Shown: positions 1-9,628 of the stretch, one piece after another | How positions within the stretch are numbered: position 1 is the first letter of the stretch | Layout of the letters: the number at the start of each line of letters is the position of its first letter | Assembly (NCBI GenBank): GCA_963740355.1 | Contig: CAVUDW010000003.1 | Span: 1,024,001 to 1,088,000 of the forward strand | Length of the DNA stretch: 64,000 nt | Source of the DNA: an uncultured Gemmatimonadaceae bacterium | Lineage (GTDB): Bacteria > Gemmatimonadota > Gemmatimonadetes > Gemmatimonadales > Gemmatimonadaceae | Direction: 5' to 3' | Made by a program: the position numbers and the translations under genes | Notes under the pieces: model-generated | Told to the model about the DNA's origin: nothing | The model's database searches: none | Seen by the model: only the letters and a program-made list of their open reading frames with translations

Positions 1-3000
1 AGGTTGTTCGAGCCATGCAGCAGCAGGTCGGCGGCGCCGAGCGGGTTGTTGACCTGGAACGACAGCGTGGCGCGCTGCGGCAGGCGCAACTTGAGCGGAT
101 TGAACGAGACGCTGAGGAACGCATTCTGCGTCCACGCACCCTTACAGCTGTTGCGACCGGCCAAAGTACCCAGTTGGCGCTCGAGGCACTCGCGCGCATC
201 GCTGCCAGCGCTCGCCAGCAGACTGCTGATTCCTGCGGCCGTGGCCGCATCCGCAGAGGTTGCCGGGTTCACGATGAACGCACGATCGTTACTCAGGCCA
301 TCACCATTCACGTCTCCACCGATCAGCGGGGTGTACGGATTGCCCGATCGGATGCTGCCGAACCAGCTGAGGCGAATGGCGTCGAAGAAGTTGTAGCCAA
401 GTGTGTACTGGAACTGGTGGCGTGAGTCGAACGAGGAGCGTGACCATTCGATGTCACGCGGATCGCCGACGGTGCTCTGGAAGCCGCGGTACTGCTCGCG
501 CACGTTGCCGTACACGTAGTTCAGGCTCCACTGCACCTTCGAGCTGAAGTTCGCCGGCGAGATGCGAACGCTGACCTGCCGCGACTCGCTGAGCAGGTCG
601 GATTGATTGGCGTTGACGACGTTGAAGAGCGGCGAGAAACGCGAGTCACGTGGCGCCGCGGCCCCAGTGACCGGGTCGATGCTGGCAACCGGGACGAACA
701 CGGGACGGCCACCCTCATCGGCCAGCGTGAAGCGCGGTGTCCCGGCGAAGTTCAGGTCCACGGTGCCCGGCTGGTTCATGTTGCGTGAGTAGGTCACATC
801 CACACTCGCGCTGAACCGATTGCGGAGGATCGGTCCGTTCCACTGCAGGTTCGACCGCAGGCTGCGTGTGGCAGCCCAGTCGTTCGGGAAGAGGGTCACG
901 TTCGGCGCGCCATTGGCGAAGGGCGACGTGACGCTGCCATCGGCACACACCACTGGAATCGTGGCGGAATTGGTGAGCCAGTTGCTCCACTGTGGCACCG
1001 GGGCGGCGGTTCCGAAGCAGCCGAGTTGTTGGACGGCGCCGGCAAGCCCGGTGTTGTTCAGCGCGCCGCCAAGCAACGTGGACTGCGGCGTGTTCTGGAA
1101 GACACCAACACCGCCGCGAATGACGGCGCGCGGCCCACGCACCGCACCTTCGAATCCACCGACCTGCGGCGCAGTGCCGACGGTCCAGGAAAAGCCGACT
1201 CGCGGACTGACATAGATCCGATTCGGCACATTCGAGTTGCGCACACCGAAGATCCGCTCCACCTCTGGATTCTCCTCGGGGCCACCACCAAAGCGGTTGG
1301 CGTCCACTCGCACGCCGTACTGAATCTGCAGGTCGCGGCTCTTCCGCCAGGCATCGCCGAGCGACACAGCCGCGATGTACTGGCTGCCCTTGAGCTCGCG
1401 CGGCAGGAGCTGCCTCGTGTACGACACCGCGCGACCAGCTTCGAGATCGGCCAGTGAGTTGAACGTGAACGAGCCGAGTCGGTTGGTGGTCTGATCGATC
1501 GTGAACCCATCACGACGCAATTCGCTGGTGAGCTTGATGCGATGTTTGCTGTCGCGCGAAAACAGCGAGAGGGTATTGAGGAAGCCGGCGCTGAAATTGT
1601 CCTGCGACGTGCCAAGGAATGGGTTGCCGCCAACCTGCAGCACGCGCAGCCCATTGGTGCCATCTTCCAGCGGCGAGTTCACACGGACCGAGGCGCTCGG
1701 CAGGTCGAAGAATGCGGAGCCGGAATTTTGCGAGAGGCTGAGATTGAGGTTCGTCTCGGTCAGGATACCGCTGCTGAAGTACGCCGAGTGCCGCCCCGAG
1801 ACGCCGAGATTCAGGTTGGTGCGTTCGCCACTGTGTGCTGGCAGTTCGCTGACAGAGCCGGACGCAGGCGAGGTGCGGTTCCAGAATCCATTGGCAGCGA
1901 GAGTGAACGCCTGCCCGGTGCGCGATCCCGGCGGAGCGATGTTGATGGTGCCGAAGACACTTCCCTGGTCACCGTATCGATTCTGCGGATTGGACGCCGT
2001 CGTGGCAGGGATCCCGAGCGACTGCAGAATGCCGATCAGTCGCGCGGCCGAGTCAGGCGCGATCCCGCTGGTCAGCAATCCGGTGTTGTCGGTGTTGAGC
2101 AGCGTGCGGAGGTCGTTGCTGCGCCGGCCGAGCTGATAGGAGAAATTGTAGAAGGCCTTGTCGGGAATGATCGGACCAGCGACCAGTCCACCAAGTGACG
2201 TGTTGCTGAACTCCTGCCCAAGCGAACGCGCGGCGGCGTCGCTGAACTGCAGCAGTGGCGAGTCGAGATTCAGGCTCATCGTGCGCGATCGGAAGTTCGA
2301 GCCGCTAGGCGTGCGCAGCTGGAACTGGGCGCCACTGAATCCACCGCGCGAGACGTCGTAGGGCGAGGTCACCAGGGAACTCGACACGCCAGCATCCCGC
2401 GGCAGGTTGGAGCCGCCGAAATTTTGCCCGTTGAGCGTCGTGTTGTTCTGGTCGGGTGTGAGGCCCAGCACCGAGAATCCCGACGGATCACCATTCGCGC
2501 CCGGCACCGTCTGTACGCCTGGTAGTGACGCCGCCATCGCGGCAAGGTCGCCTGCCTGCCCTGCGGCCACGTTGCCGGCGTTGACGGCGCGCTCGCTGCC
2601 ACCGATGTCCGGCGTGCGATCATCGCGTGTGGTGCGAGGCCGATCACCAACCACCCGGACCTCGTCGAGCTGCGTCACCGCACGCGACAGACGCGAGTCG
2701 GCCAGCAGCACTTCCTGATCGGCGGTGCGCTTCACCTCGAAGCGCCGCGGCGAGAAGCCGATCGCCGTCACCGTGACGAAGTAGTCACCGTCTCCACCAG
2801 GGAAGGTGATCGTGAAGCGGCCCTTGGTGTCGGTGCGGGCATTGCGATTGACGTTGCCCGAAAGCGAGGTCGCGGTGACGCGCGCACCGGCGATCGGCAG
2901 CGAGTCGGGCCCGGTGATGACACCCCGGATGACATCGAGTTGCTGCGCCTGAAGTGGCGCAGCGACCAGCAGCGCAGCCAGGGTCAGGAGATACCCTGCG

Positions 3001-3017
3001 AGACGTCGAAGACTCAC
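1..3017 (-). CDS. Oar-like TonB-dependent outer-membrane receptor with N-terminal carboxypeptidase-regulatory-like domain (3' end runs off the window)
   Basis: Absent from the ORF track because no stop lies in the window. Manual translation from GTG 3017 gives a signal peptide MSLRRLAGYLLTLAALLVAAPLQAQQ, then IRGVITGPDSLPIAGARVTATS...TDTKGRFTITF, PYDVSRGGFSGAQ and NRLGSFTFNSLADL. Frame was spot-checked at 1443 and at position 3. Confidence 0.85.
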   Translation of the reverse strand, partial: MSLRRLAGYLLTLAALLVAAPLQAQQLDVIRGVITGPDSLPIAGARVTATSLSGNVNRNARTDTKGRFTITFPGGDGDYFVTVTAIGFSPRRFEVKRTADQEVLLADSRLSRAVTQLDEVRVVGDRPRTTRDDRTPDIGGSERAVNAGNVAAGQAGDLAAMAASLPGVQTVPGANGDPSGFSVLGLTPDQNNTTLNGQNFGGSNLPRDAGVSSSLVTSPYDVSRGGFSGAQFQLRTPSGSNFRSRTMSLNLDSPLLQFSDAAARSLGQEFSNTSLGGLVAGPIIPDKAFYNFSYQLGRRSNDLRTLLNTDNTGLLTSGIAPDSAARLIGILQSLGIPATTASNPQNRYGDQGSVFGTINIAPPGSRTGQAFTLAANGFWNRTSPASGSVSELPAHSGERTNLNLGVSGRHSAYFSSGILTETNLNLSLSQNSGSAFFDLPSASVRVNSPLEDGTNGLRVLQVGGNPFLGTSQDNFSAGFLNTLSLFSRDSKHRIKLTSELRRDGFTIDQTTNRLGSFTFNSLADLEAGRAVSYTRQLLPRELKGSQYIAAVSLGDAWRKSRDLQIQYGVRVDANRFGGGPEENPEVERIFGVRNSNVPNRIYVSPRVGFSWTVGTAPQVGGFEGAVRGPRAVIRGGVGVFQNTPQSTLLGGALNNTGLAGAVQQLGCFGTAAPVPQWSNWLTNSATIPVVCADGSVTSPFANGAPNVTLFPNDWAATRSLRSNLQWNGPILRNRFSASVDVTYSRNMNQPGTVDLNFAGTPRFTLADEGGRPVFVPVASIDPVTGAAAPRDSRFSPLFNVVNANQSDLLSESRQVSVRISPANFSSKVQWSLNYVYGNVREQYRGFQSTVGDPRDIEWSRSSFDSRHQFQYTLGYNFFDAIRLSWFGSIRSGNPYTPLIGGDVNGDGLSNDRAFIVNPATSADAATAAGISSLLASAGSDARECLERQLGTLAGRNSCKGAWTQNAFLSVSFNPLKLRLPQRATLSFQVNNPLGAADLLLHGSNN

Positions 3018-3360
3018 GATGATCGGGCGACGGGATGGATGCCAGAACGGACTGGGGGAGCCGCAAACAGACTTCAGACGCCGGCGCGCATCGAACGGTT
3101 GCCACGAGCGGCGGGAGGCGGTGACGCGGGAAACCAAGCGCCTGCGCCAACGCCGAAGCAACGCTGCGGCGGCGCGGGACGACCGGCCTCACGAGTTCCT
3201 CATCCTGACGTCATGCAACGCAAACGCGCCCGTACCTGCAGAAGCAGACACGGGCGCGCGGGAAATCAGTCCATCACCGCCAAAAGGTCAGGCGGTCCGG
3301 TCCGCGCGCAGGGTGGTACGCGCGAACCGTCGTTCAGGATCCAACCGTTTCCAATTCAGC

Positions 3361-4233
3361 TCAGTTCTTGACCGTCAGGGCGCTGCCCAGGGTCACAGTC
3401 AGCGGCGAACCTTCCGGGAGGCAGGCGAGACGATCACCCGTCACCGCGGCGGCCACGGCACCGGCGGCGCCACCCGCGGCGGCACCGACCACCGTACGCT
3501 GGGCACGGCTGCCACCACCGATGATGTTACCGATCACGGCGCCAGCGGCGGCACCAATCGCCACCTTCTTGCCGTCGCCTCCCTTCCGCTCCGTCACGAC
3601 CGCATCGGTCGAGACGCTGCCCGACATCGTGTACGTCTCACCACCGAACGTCACGCTGCGGACGTCGAACGTCAGCTTGGCGTCGTCGCCCTGGCGGCTG
3701 GACGTCTTGGATTCGGTCACGACCAGGCCCACACGAGCGCCGGCCGGGATCGACACGCCATTCGAACCGCTGACCAGGGAATTGGTGGTCGCAGTCACGC
3801 GGTCACCGACGGCGAGCGAATTGGAACAGACCTTTTCGCCGCTCGAGACGCGGATCGTGGTGCCAGAAGCGACCGTGCCGCTGCTGACCGATGGGCCGGC
3901 TGGAGCTGGTGCGGGCGAATTCGACGCGGAATTGCCCGACGACGACGGACGCGGCGTGGACGGCTTCGGGCGGGGCGTGGTGGCCTTGGCGGGCACGGCC
4001 GGCACGGGCTGACGACCTGCGACCGGCGGTTCCTGCGCGGCTGGGGCGGTGCTCGGCACGACTTCGATGCTCGTCGCCGAATCGGCAATCGCGGCACGCG
4101 AGGCCGAATCGGTGGTCACCACGACGGGCGAGACTTCTTCTGACTTGTTCTTGTCACCGCATGCGCTCATGAGCAGCATCGCGACAGCAGCCAGCGGGAG
4201 GATCGAGCGGGGCATAAGTTCAGTGGATCGCAT
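3361..4233 (-). CDS. Lipoprotein with Pro/Ser-rich linker and C-terminal glycine-zipper-containing beta domain
   Basis: AGGAG RBS before ATG 4233; lipobox LMSAC; GAAAGAVIG...GAAAGGAAGAVAA glycine zipper. Confidence 0.75.
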   Translation of the reverse strand: MRSTELMPRSILPLAAVAMLLMSACGDKNKSEEVSPVVVTTDSASRAAIADSATSIEVVPSTAPAAQEPPVAGRQPVPAVPAKATTPRPKPSTPRPSSSGNSASNSPAPAPAGPSVSSGTVASGTTIRVSSGEKVCSNSLAVGDRVTATTNSLVSGSNGVSIPAGARVGLVVTESKTSSRQGDDAKLTFDVRSVTFGGETYTMSGSVSTDAVVTERKGGDGKKVAIGAAAGAVIGNIIGGGSRAQRTVVGAAAGGAAGAVAAAVTGDRLACLPEGSPLTVTLGSALTVKN

Positions 4234-4304
4234 GTGTATTCTCCTAGTGCAGATGGTCACGCCACGACGTCTGTGTACCCGTCGTTGAAGCGCTTACCAA
4301 CCTG

Positions 4305-6092
4305 ATGAGCAAGCCTCGTACCAGCAGTCTGCACGCCTTGCGCGCACTTGTGCCATTCGTGCAGAAATATCAGGGCCGAGTGGCGCTCGGTCTTGGCGCC
4401 GTGATCGGGTCGAGTGCCATCGCCAGTGCCATTCCCTGGCTGTTACGCCGCGCCGTGGACGACCTCAAGGCGGCCGCCCCACCTCGCGACCTGTGGCTGC
4501 TGGCAGCCGCCATGGTCGGAATCACGCTCGTGACCGGCGTGCTCCGCTTCCAGATGCGGAACATCCTCAACGCCGTCAGTCGCTACGTGGAATACGACCT
4601 GCGGAACGCAATGTTCCGCCATCTGCTCACGCTCGACGCTGGTTTCTTCGGCCGGAACCGCACGGGCGACCTGATGGCGCGCCTGACCAACGACCTCTCC
4701 GCGGTCAGAATGGTCGCCGGGCCGGCCATCATGTACCTGGTCAACACGATCGCGGGGGGCATCTTCGCCCTCATCTTCATGCTCCGCATCAGCCCGCAAC
4801 TGACGGGGATCGCGGTGTTGCCGATGGTGCTGCTCCCGATCGTGATGGCGGTGCTGGGCTCACTGATCCACAAACGTTTCGAGGCGGTGCAGGAACACTT
4901 CGGCGTGATGACGACCCACGCACAGGAGAACATCAGCGGTGCGCGCATCGTCCGCGCCTTCCGGCAGGAGGCGGCCGAGGAGAAGTATTTTGCGGCGCTG
5001 AACGACGAATACCTGCGTCGCAACATGGGCCTCGCGAAGCTCTATGGGCTGATGTCTCCCGGACTGCAGTTGCTGGCCGGACTGGGTGCGGTGGCCGTCC
5101 TCGGGCTCGGTGGGGCGGCGACGCTCCGCAACGAGATCTCGGTCGGCGACTTCGTGGCGTTCGGCCTCTACCTCGCGATGCTGACCTGGCCGCTGATTGC
5201 ACTCGGCTGGGTGATCAACCTGTTCCAGCGCGGCGCGGCAAGCATGAACCGCATCAACGATGTGCTGCACGCGACTGCGTCGGTGGTGTCACCATTGCAC
5301 CCGGCGACCTTGCCGGCGCACACGAACCGCGGGCGCACGATCGAGTTTCGTGACATCGGCTACCACTATCCGGTCGCCGACGGCAATGCACCACGCTGGG
5401 TGCTCCGTCACATCTCGTTCACCGTGCCCGCTGGCGCGACTGTCGGCATCGTCGGGGCGACAGGAAGTGGCAAGAGCGCGCTGATGGATCTGGTGCCGCG
5501 CTTCTGGAATGCGCAGGAAGGGCAGATCCTGATCGACGGCGTGCCGATCGAGACGCTGTCCCTCGAAGCGCTTCGCTCGTGCATCGGCTACGTCCCACAG
5601 GAAACAGTGTTGTTCAGCGACACGATCCTGTCGAACCTGACGTACGGCGGCAATGATGAGGTGGCAGCGCGTGAGGCGGCGGCAGTGGCGCAACTCGACA
5701 AGGCAATCGTCGACCTGCCCGATGGCTATGACACGATCCTCGGCGAACGAGGCATCAATCTCAGTGGCGGCCAGAAGCAACGCGCAGCGATCGCGCGTGC
5801 CCTCGCGCGCGACCCACAGATCGTGCTGCTCGACGATGCCTTGAGCGCGGTCGACACCGGCACCGAAGCCGCCATTTTGCAGGGGTTGCGTGAGGAGTTG
5901 ACGGGTCGCACGGCGTTGATCACGTCACACCGCGTGAGCGCAGTACGCGACGCCTCGTGGATCGTGGTGCTGGATGATGGACGCATCGTGGAACAGGGCA
6001 CGCATGACACGCTGGTGGAGTCGCGCGGCCGCTACTGGCAGTTGCTGCGGCGCCAGCAGGTGAGCGATGAACTGGACGCCGTGACGGTCTGA
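4305..6092 (+). CDS. ABC exporter fused permease/ATPase, YheI/BmrC/MdlA-like
   Basis: N-terminal TM domain; Walker A GATGSGKS; signature LSGGQKQR; Walker B LLDD. Confidence 0.93.
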   Translation: MSKPRTSSLHALRALVPFVQKYQGRVALGLGAVIGSSAIASAIPWLLRRAVDDLKAAAPPRDLWLLAAAMVGITLVTGVLRFQMRNILNAVSRYVEYDLRNAMFRHLLTLDAGFFGRNRTGDLMARLTNDLSAVRMVAGPAIMYLVNTIAGGIFALIFMLRISPQLTGIAVLPMVLLPIVMAVLGSLIHKRFEAVQEHFGVMTTHAQENISGARIVRAFRQEAAEEKYFAALNDEYLRRNMGLAKLYGLMSPGLQLLAGLGAVAVLGLGGAATLRNEISVGDFVAFGLYLAMLTWPLIALGWVINLFQRGAASMNRINDVLHATASVVSPLHPATLPAHTNRGRTIEFRDIGYHYPVADGNAPRWVLRHISFTVPAGATVGIVGATGSGKSALMDLVPRFWNAQEGQILIDGVPIETLSLEALRSCIGYVPQETVLFSDTILSNLTYGGNDEVAAREAAAVAQLDKAIVDLPDGYDTILGERGINLSGGQKQRAAIARALARDPQIVLLDDALSAVDTGTEAAILQGLREELTGRTALITSHRVSAVRDASWIVVLDDGRIVEQGTHDTLVESRGRYWQLLRRQQVSDELDAVTV

Positions 6093-6209
6093 GGCGGCAC
6101 CCGCCCCTGTCCATGTCCGAGTGGAGAGAACGGCGGTCGGTTCACAGCCGGTGACGCGCTGGTTGCGGGAGTGCCGGCACCGCAATGTCACGAGCGCAGA
6201 GCCTTTCGA

Positions 6210-6938
6210 TCAGATCCTGCTACGCAAGAACTCCGGCGTCCACTCGGTCAACCAGCCGGCCATGGTCGTGAATGCGCCGGTCAACATCAGGACGCCGACG
6301 AGGACCAGCAAGGCGCCCGCGATGTGGTTGATGCGTCCCATGTGACGGCGGAATGACTGGAACCAGTCGAGGAACCGGTCGACCATCAGTGCTGACACAA
6401 GGAACGGCACCCCGAGCCCGAGCGAATAGCAGGTGAGCAGGATCAGCCCGCGCTGCAAGTCAGCCACCGACGACGTGTAGGCGAGGATTCCACCAAGCAC
6501 CGGTCCGAGACAGGGCGTCCATCCCGCGCCGAATGCAACGCCGACGAGCAACGTGCCGAGGTAGCCAAGCGGCTTGTCGGCGAAGTGCACGCGCCGTTCG
6601 CGATCGAGCGCGCCGATCCGCAGCAAGCCCGCGAGGTACAAGCCGAACACGATCAACATCACGCCGCCGACTCGCGTGATCCAGACGCGCTGCGAAAACA
6701 GCAACCGTCCCACCACCGTCGCGGTCGCGCCGAGCGCGAGAAAGATCAGCGTGAAACCGAGCACGAACAGCAAGCCGTGGATCAGCGCCGTGCGCCGTGA
6801 GCGACCGACATCGTCGAGCCCGAGGCCCGTGATGAAGGTGATGTAGCTCGGGATCAGCGGCAGCACACACGGCGACAGAAAACTCAGCAACCCGGCCGAG
6901 AATGCGAGCGCGAATGAGATCGTGGTGCCGGGTTCCAT
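6210..6938 (-). CDS. ccdA: Cytochrome c biogenesis protein CcdA (DsbD TM family)
   Basis: GLLSFLSPCVLPLIP and GWTPCLGPVLG motifs; multiple TM helices. Confidence 0.92.
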   Translation of the reverse strand: MEPGTTISFALAFSAGLLSFLSPCVLPLIPSYITFITGLGLDDVGRSRRTALIHGLLFVLGFTLIFLALGATATVVGRLLFSQRVWITRVGGVMLIVFGLYLAGLLRIGALDRERRVHFADKPLGYLGTLLVGVAFGAGWTPCLGPVLGGILAYTSSVADLQRGLILLTCYSLGLGVPFLVSALMVDRFLDWFQSFRRHMGRINHIAGALLVLVGVLMLTGAFTTMAGWLTEWTPEFLRSRI

Positions 6939-6990
6939 TGCTGTAAGCTAGCGCGCGTCACGGCAGCCTTCGTTCGCAGCGCAGTTATCC

Positions 6991-7086
6991 GGCGTCGTGC
7001 CGGCGCGTCGGTCGACACGATCGAACTGCGGGCGTCGTGCCGGCGCGTCGGTCGACACGATCGAACTGCGGGCGCCGTACCGGCGC
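6991..7086. repeat. Tandem direct repeat, 40-bp unit x2 plus a degenerate partial third copy
   Basis: GGCGTCGTGCCGGCGCGTCGGTCGACACGATCGAACTGCG is identical at 6991-7030 and 7031-7070, followed by GGCGCCGTACCGGCGC. Confidence 0.95.
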
Positions 7087-7105
7087 AACGGTCCACACTG
7101 TTAAA

Positions 7106-7286
7106 CACGCGGAGCCGCGGGGGACGCGGAGCCGCGGAGAACTGCAACTGCGAAGGGAATTGCAACGTCCCGCAACTTCGGCGCGGTGTTACGGCAGCCA
7201 CCTAGAGCCGCGCACAAAAGATCTGCGATGCGCACTGGATCCCTCGCTGTTTCTCCGCGGCTCCGCGTCCCCCGCGGCTCCGCGTG
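7106..7286. repeat. Perfect 36-bp inverted repeat pair (REP/MITE-like element)
   Basis: CACGCGGAGCCGCGGGGGACGCGGAGCCGCGGAGAA at 7106-7141 and its exact reverse complement at 7251-7286; 109-bp spacer. Confidence 0.92.
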
Positions 7287-7370
7287 AGGGAGTGTAGACC
7301 AAGCGGCGCGGCACGCGCGTGAACGAACTGCTGAAGGAGCTCGCGATTTGGCGGCGCGACGAAACGCAGC

Positions 7371-7826
7371 CTAGCGCCGCGGACCGCCGCTGCGTTGGCA
7401 ATCGGCGCAGACGCCGTAGATCACGAGCCGGTGCCGCTGCCGGCTGTAGCCGTGGGACTCGGCGATCAGCGTGGTCATGCGCTCGAGGCGCTCGTCGCGG
7501 AATTCGTCGACGCGACCACAGATCGTGCACAACATGTGCTCGTGGTGCGGGATGCCGCGGGACGGTTCGAAACGGCGGAAGCCTTCGCCAAAATCGCGCT
7601 CGACCACCAGCCCACTCTTCACGAGGAGGTCGAGTGTGCGATAGATCGTCGCGGTGCCCGCGTTCTCGCCCTGGGACGAGATGTCGGCGGCAACATCCTC
7701 AACCGACAGGTGTCGGTCGGAGGCGAAGACCACGCCTGCGATGGCAAGACGCTGCTGCGTGACCGGCAGGTTGTGCTGCCGCAGGTACGTGCGAAACTGT
7801 TCCAGGTCGTTGCGCACTTCCGTCAT
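7371..7826 (-). CDS. fur: Fur family transcriptional regulator
   Basis: TQQRLAI, HLSVED, ATIYRTLDLL, HHEHMLCTICG and C-terminal CADC. Confidence 0.92.
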   Translation of the reverse strand: MTEVRNDLEQFRTYLRQHNLPVTQQRLAIAGVVFASDRHLSVEDVAADISSQGENAGTATIYRTLDLLVKSGLVVERDFGEGFRRFEPSRGIPHHEHMLCTICGRVDEFRDERLERMTTLIAESHGYSRQRHRLVIYGVCADCQRSGGPRR

Positions 7827-7841
7827 GCCATCACTCGTGAC

Positions 7842-8618
7842 TCAGGCAGCCGGTGCGACGACGGCCGGGGCAATCAGCGCCAGCAGCGCGTCGTGGCTGA
7901 CGAGCTCAGGATCCGCGGGCTCCGTGCTGCGATGCCGCACGCCGCGCAGGACGAGTTCAACCGCATCGAGCGGCGCGTCGGCTTCTTCCTGCACATCGAA
8001 CGCCCACTTCCCGCGCTCGACACCCTTGATCGTGTGGCGGTAGCTGGCGGTGAGAATCCGCATGCGTGGTGACACAGCCGGCGGTGTCGCGACGACGTCG
8101 ACCGGTGCTTCATCGACCGGCGCTTCATCGACCAGTGCATCGTCGACCGTGCCATCATCGACAGCTGCGTCACCGACTTCGTCAAAGACTTCGTCAGCGA
8201 TCGTTGCGCCTGACATGCCGTACACATCGTCCGCGACCGCTTCGGCAATGACGTCGTCGACATCGGACATCAGTTCGGCAACGACACTCGCTTCCACGGT
8301 CTGCTCGGTCTCGTCGAGCAACGGCTCCTCTTCGGCGACCACGTTCTCCGCCACCACCTCATCAGCGACAACCTCCTCCGCCAGCGCCTCCGCTGCCACC
8401 ACATCCTCGTCCACCACGTCCTCGGCGGCAGGTGCTTCGTCAGCCGACACCGCATCCACCACCAGCTTCGGGGTCGGCGGCAGCACCGTCGCGATCACCG
8501 CCACGCCCGTCTCGAGCGTGCCGCGCCGAATGGGCGGAAAGAGGTGCAGTTCCACCACCGAGTCGACCGGCACGCGGGTGAGGACGCTGCGAAGGAATCG
8601 TTCCTGGGTTTCGGTCAT
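7842..8618 (-). CDS. Hypothetical protein with a long acidic low-complexity central region
   Basis: Likely start MTETQERFL at 8618 (ORF is open to 8660); D/E/V/A-rich middle; lies 15 nt upstream of fur on the same strand. Confidence 0.7.
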   Translation of the reverse strand: MTETQERFLRSVLTRVPVDSVVELHLFPPIRRGTLETGVAVIATVLPPTPKLVVDAVSADEAPAAEDVVDEDVVAAEALAEEVVADEVVAENVVAEEEPLLDETEQTVEASVVAELMSDVDDVIAEAVADDVYGMSGATIADEVFDEVGDAAVDDGTVDDALVDEAPVDEAPVDVVATPPAVSPRMRILTASYRHTIKGVERGKWAFDVQEEADAPLDAVELVLRGVRHRSTEPADPELVSHDALLALIAPAVVAPAA

Positions 8619-8888
8619 CAACAGATCCAGAAGTGGCGGCGACGGCGCCGCGACGTGCATCGAACTCTCGCTCGACGAGGAGACACCGGATGCCGACCTT
8701 CACACCCCGCGCCACGGTGACCATCCGAGATACCCCGGCGGCCTGTGCGTGGCTCCCGCTCCCCAATCCGGGACGGCCACACACCAATTTGCCTGGAAGG
8801 ACGTGTGCATTCAATGCTCCGGCTGAGGCCGATCGCCTCGTGGAGGCGTCTTTCGGCAGGCCGGCCGAACGGTGGCCGCTTGCGTCCG

Positions 8889-8907
8889 ACATCAGATCAT
8901 CAGATGT
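8889..8907. promoter_or_regulatory. Putative operator of the adjacent FadR/GntR regulator
   Basis: ACATCAGATCATCAGATGT: ACATC...GATGT dyad with two ATCAGAT copies, 7 nt before the FadR ATG. Confidence 0.5.
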
Positions 8908-8914
8908 TTGACCC

Positions 8915-9628
8915 ATGGCCACCATCGCCCGACTCTCGCTCGCCGACGCCGCCGCCGCCCAACTCGAAGCCCGAATCGCCGCCGGCGAGTGGGACGTGGG
9001 CAGCCGCCTCCCGACGGAGCCCGAGCTCATGGCGCAGCTCGGCGTTGGGCGATCGACCGTCAGGGAGGCGATCCGGACCCTCGCCCGGGTCGGCCTGGTG
9101 CAAGTCCGACAGGGCGACGGCACCTACGTCACCGGGAAGCCCAGCGACAACGAGTCGCTGCAGACCCGCTGTAACCGCGCCCACTTGAACGAAATTCGCG
9201 ACGTCCGGGAAGCGCTCGAGTTTCAGGCCGCACGCCTCGCCGCTGAGCGCCGCACCGACGACGACTTGCTCGCCCTTCGGCAGTTGCTGGACGCGCGCGC
9301 CGAGGCAGCAGCCAGGCACGATGCACGCGGCTATGCCGACGCCGACGTCGCCTTCCACCAGCGCATCGTGATCGCGACGCAGAACGACATGCTGATCGAT
9401 CTCTACCGCGTGCTCTGCGACACGCTCGTGCACTCACTCACAGCACGGAAGAAGGCGACCGAATTCGACGATGTCGACACCACCGCCGAGCACGAGGCGC
9501 TGCTGAACGCGATCGCAGCAGCAGATCCCGTCGCGGCAACAGTCGCGGTGACGACACTCTTTCGGCGAGGCCGAACCCCCGCGCCACCAGAGCACGTGAT
9601 GCAAGATCAATCGGAGCCGACATCGTGA
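8915..9628 (+). CDS. FadR/GntR family transcriptional regulator
   Basis: GSRLPTEPELMAQLGVGRSTVREAI...VRQGDGTYV winged HTH; FCD domain with DVAFH and EH. Confidence 0.92.
   Translation: MATIARLSLADAAAAQLEARIAAGEWDVGSRLPTEPELMAQLGVGRSTVREAIRTLARVGLVQVRQGDGTYVTGKPSDNESLQTRCNRAHLNEIRDVREALEFQAARLAAERRTDDDLLALRQLLDARAEAAARHDARGYADADVAFHQRIVIATQNDMLIDLYRVLCDTLVHSLTARKKATEFDDVDTTAEHEALLNAIAAADPVAATVAVTTLFRRGRTPAPPEHVMQDQSEPTS

Noticed and set aside
4..3371. Multiple plus-strand ORFs of 60-218 aa over the first 3 kb
   Set aside because: Antisense shadows of the uncalled minus-strand TonB receptor; no motifs
6991..7286. Possible CRISPR array (also considered for 46640-46711)
   Set aside because: Repeats are contiguous or inverted with no unique spacers, and no cas genes are present
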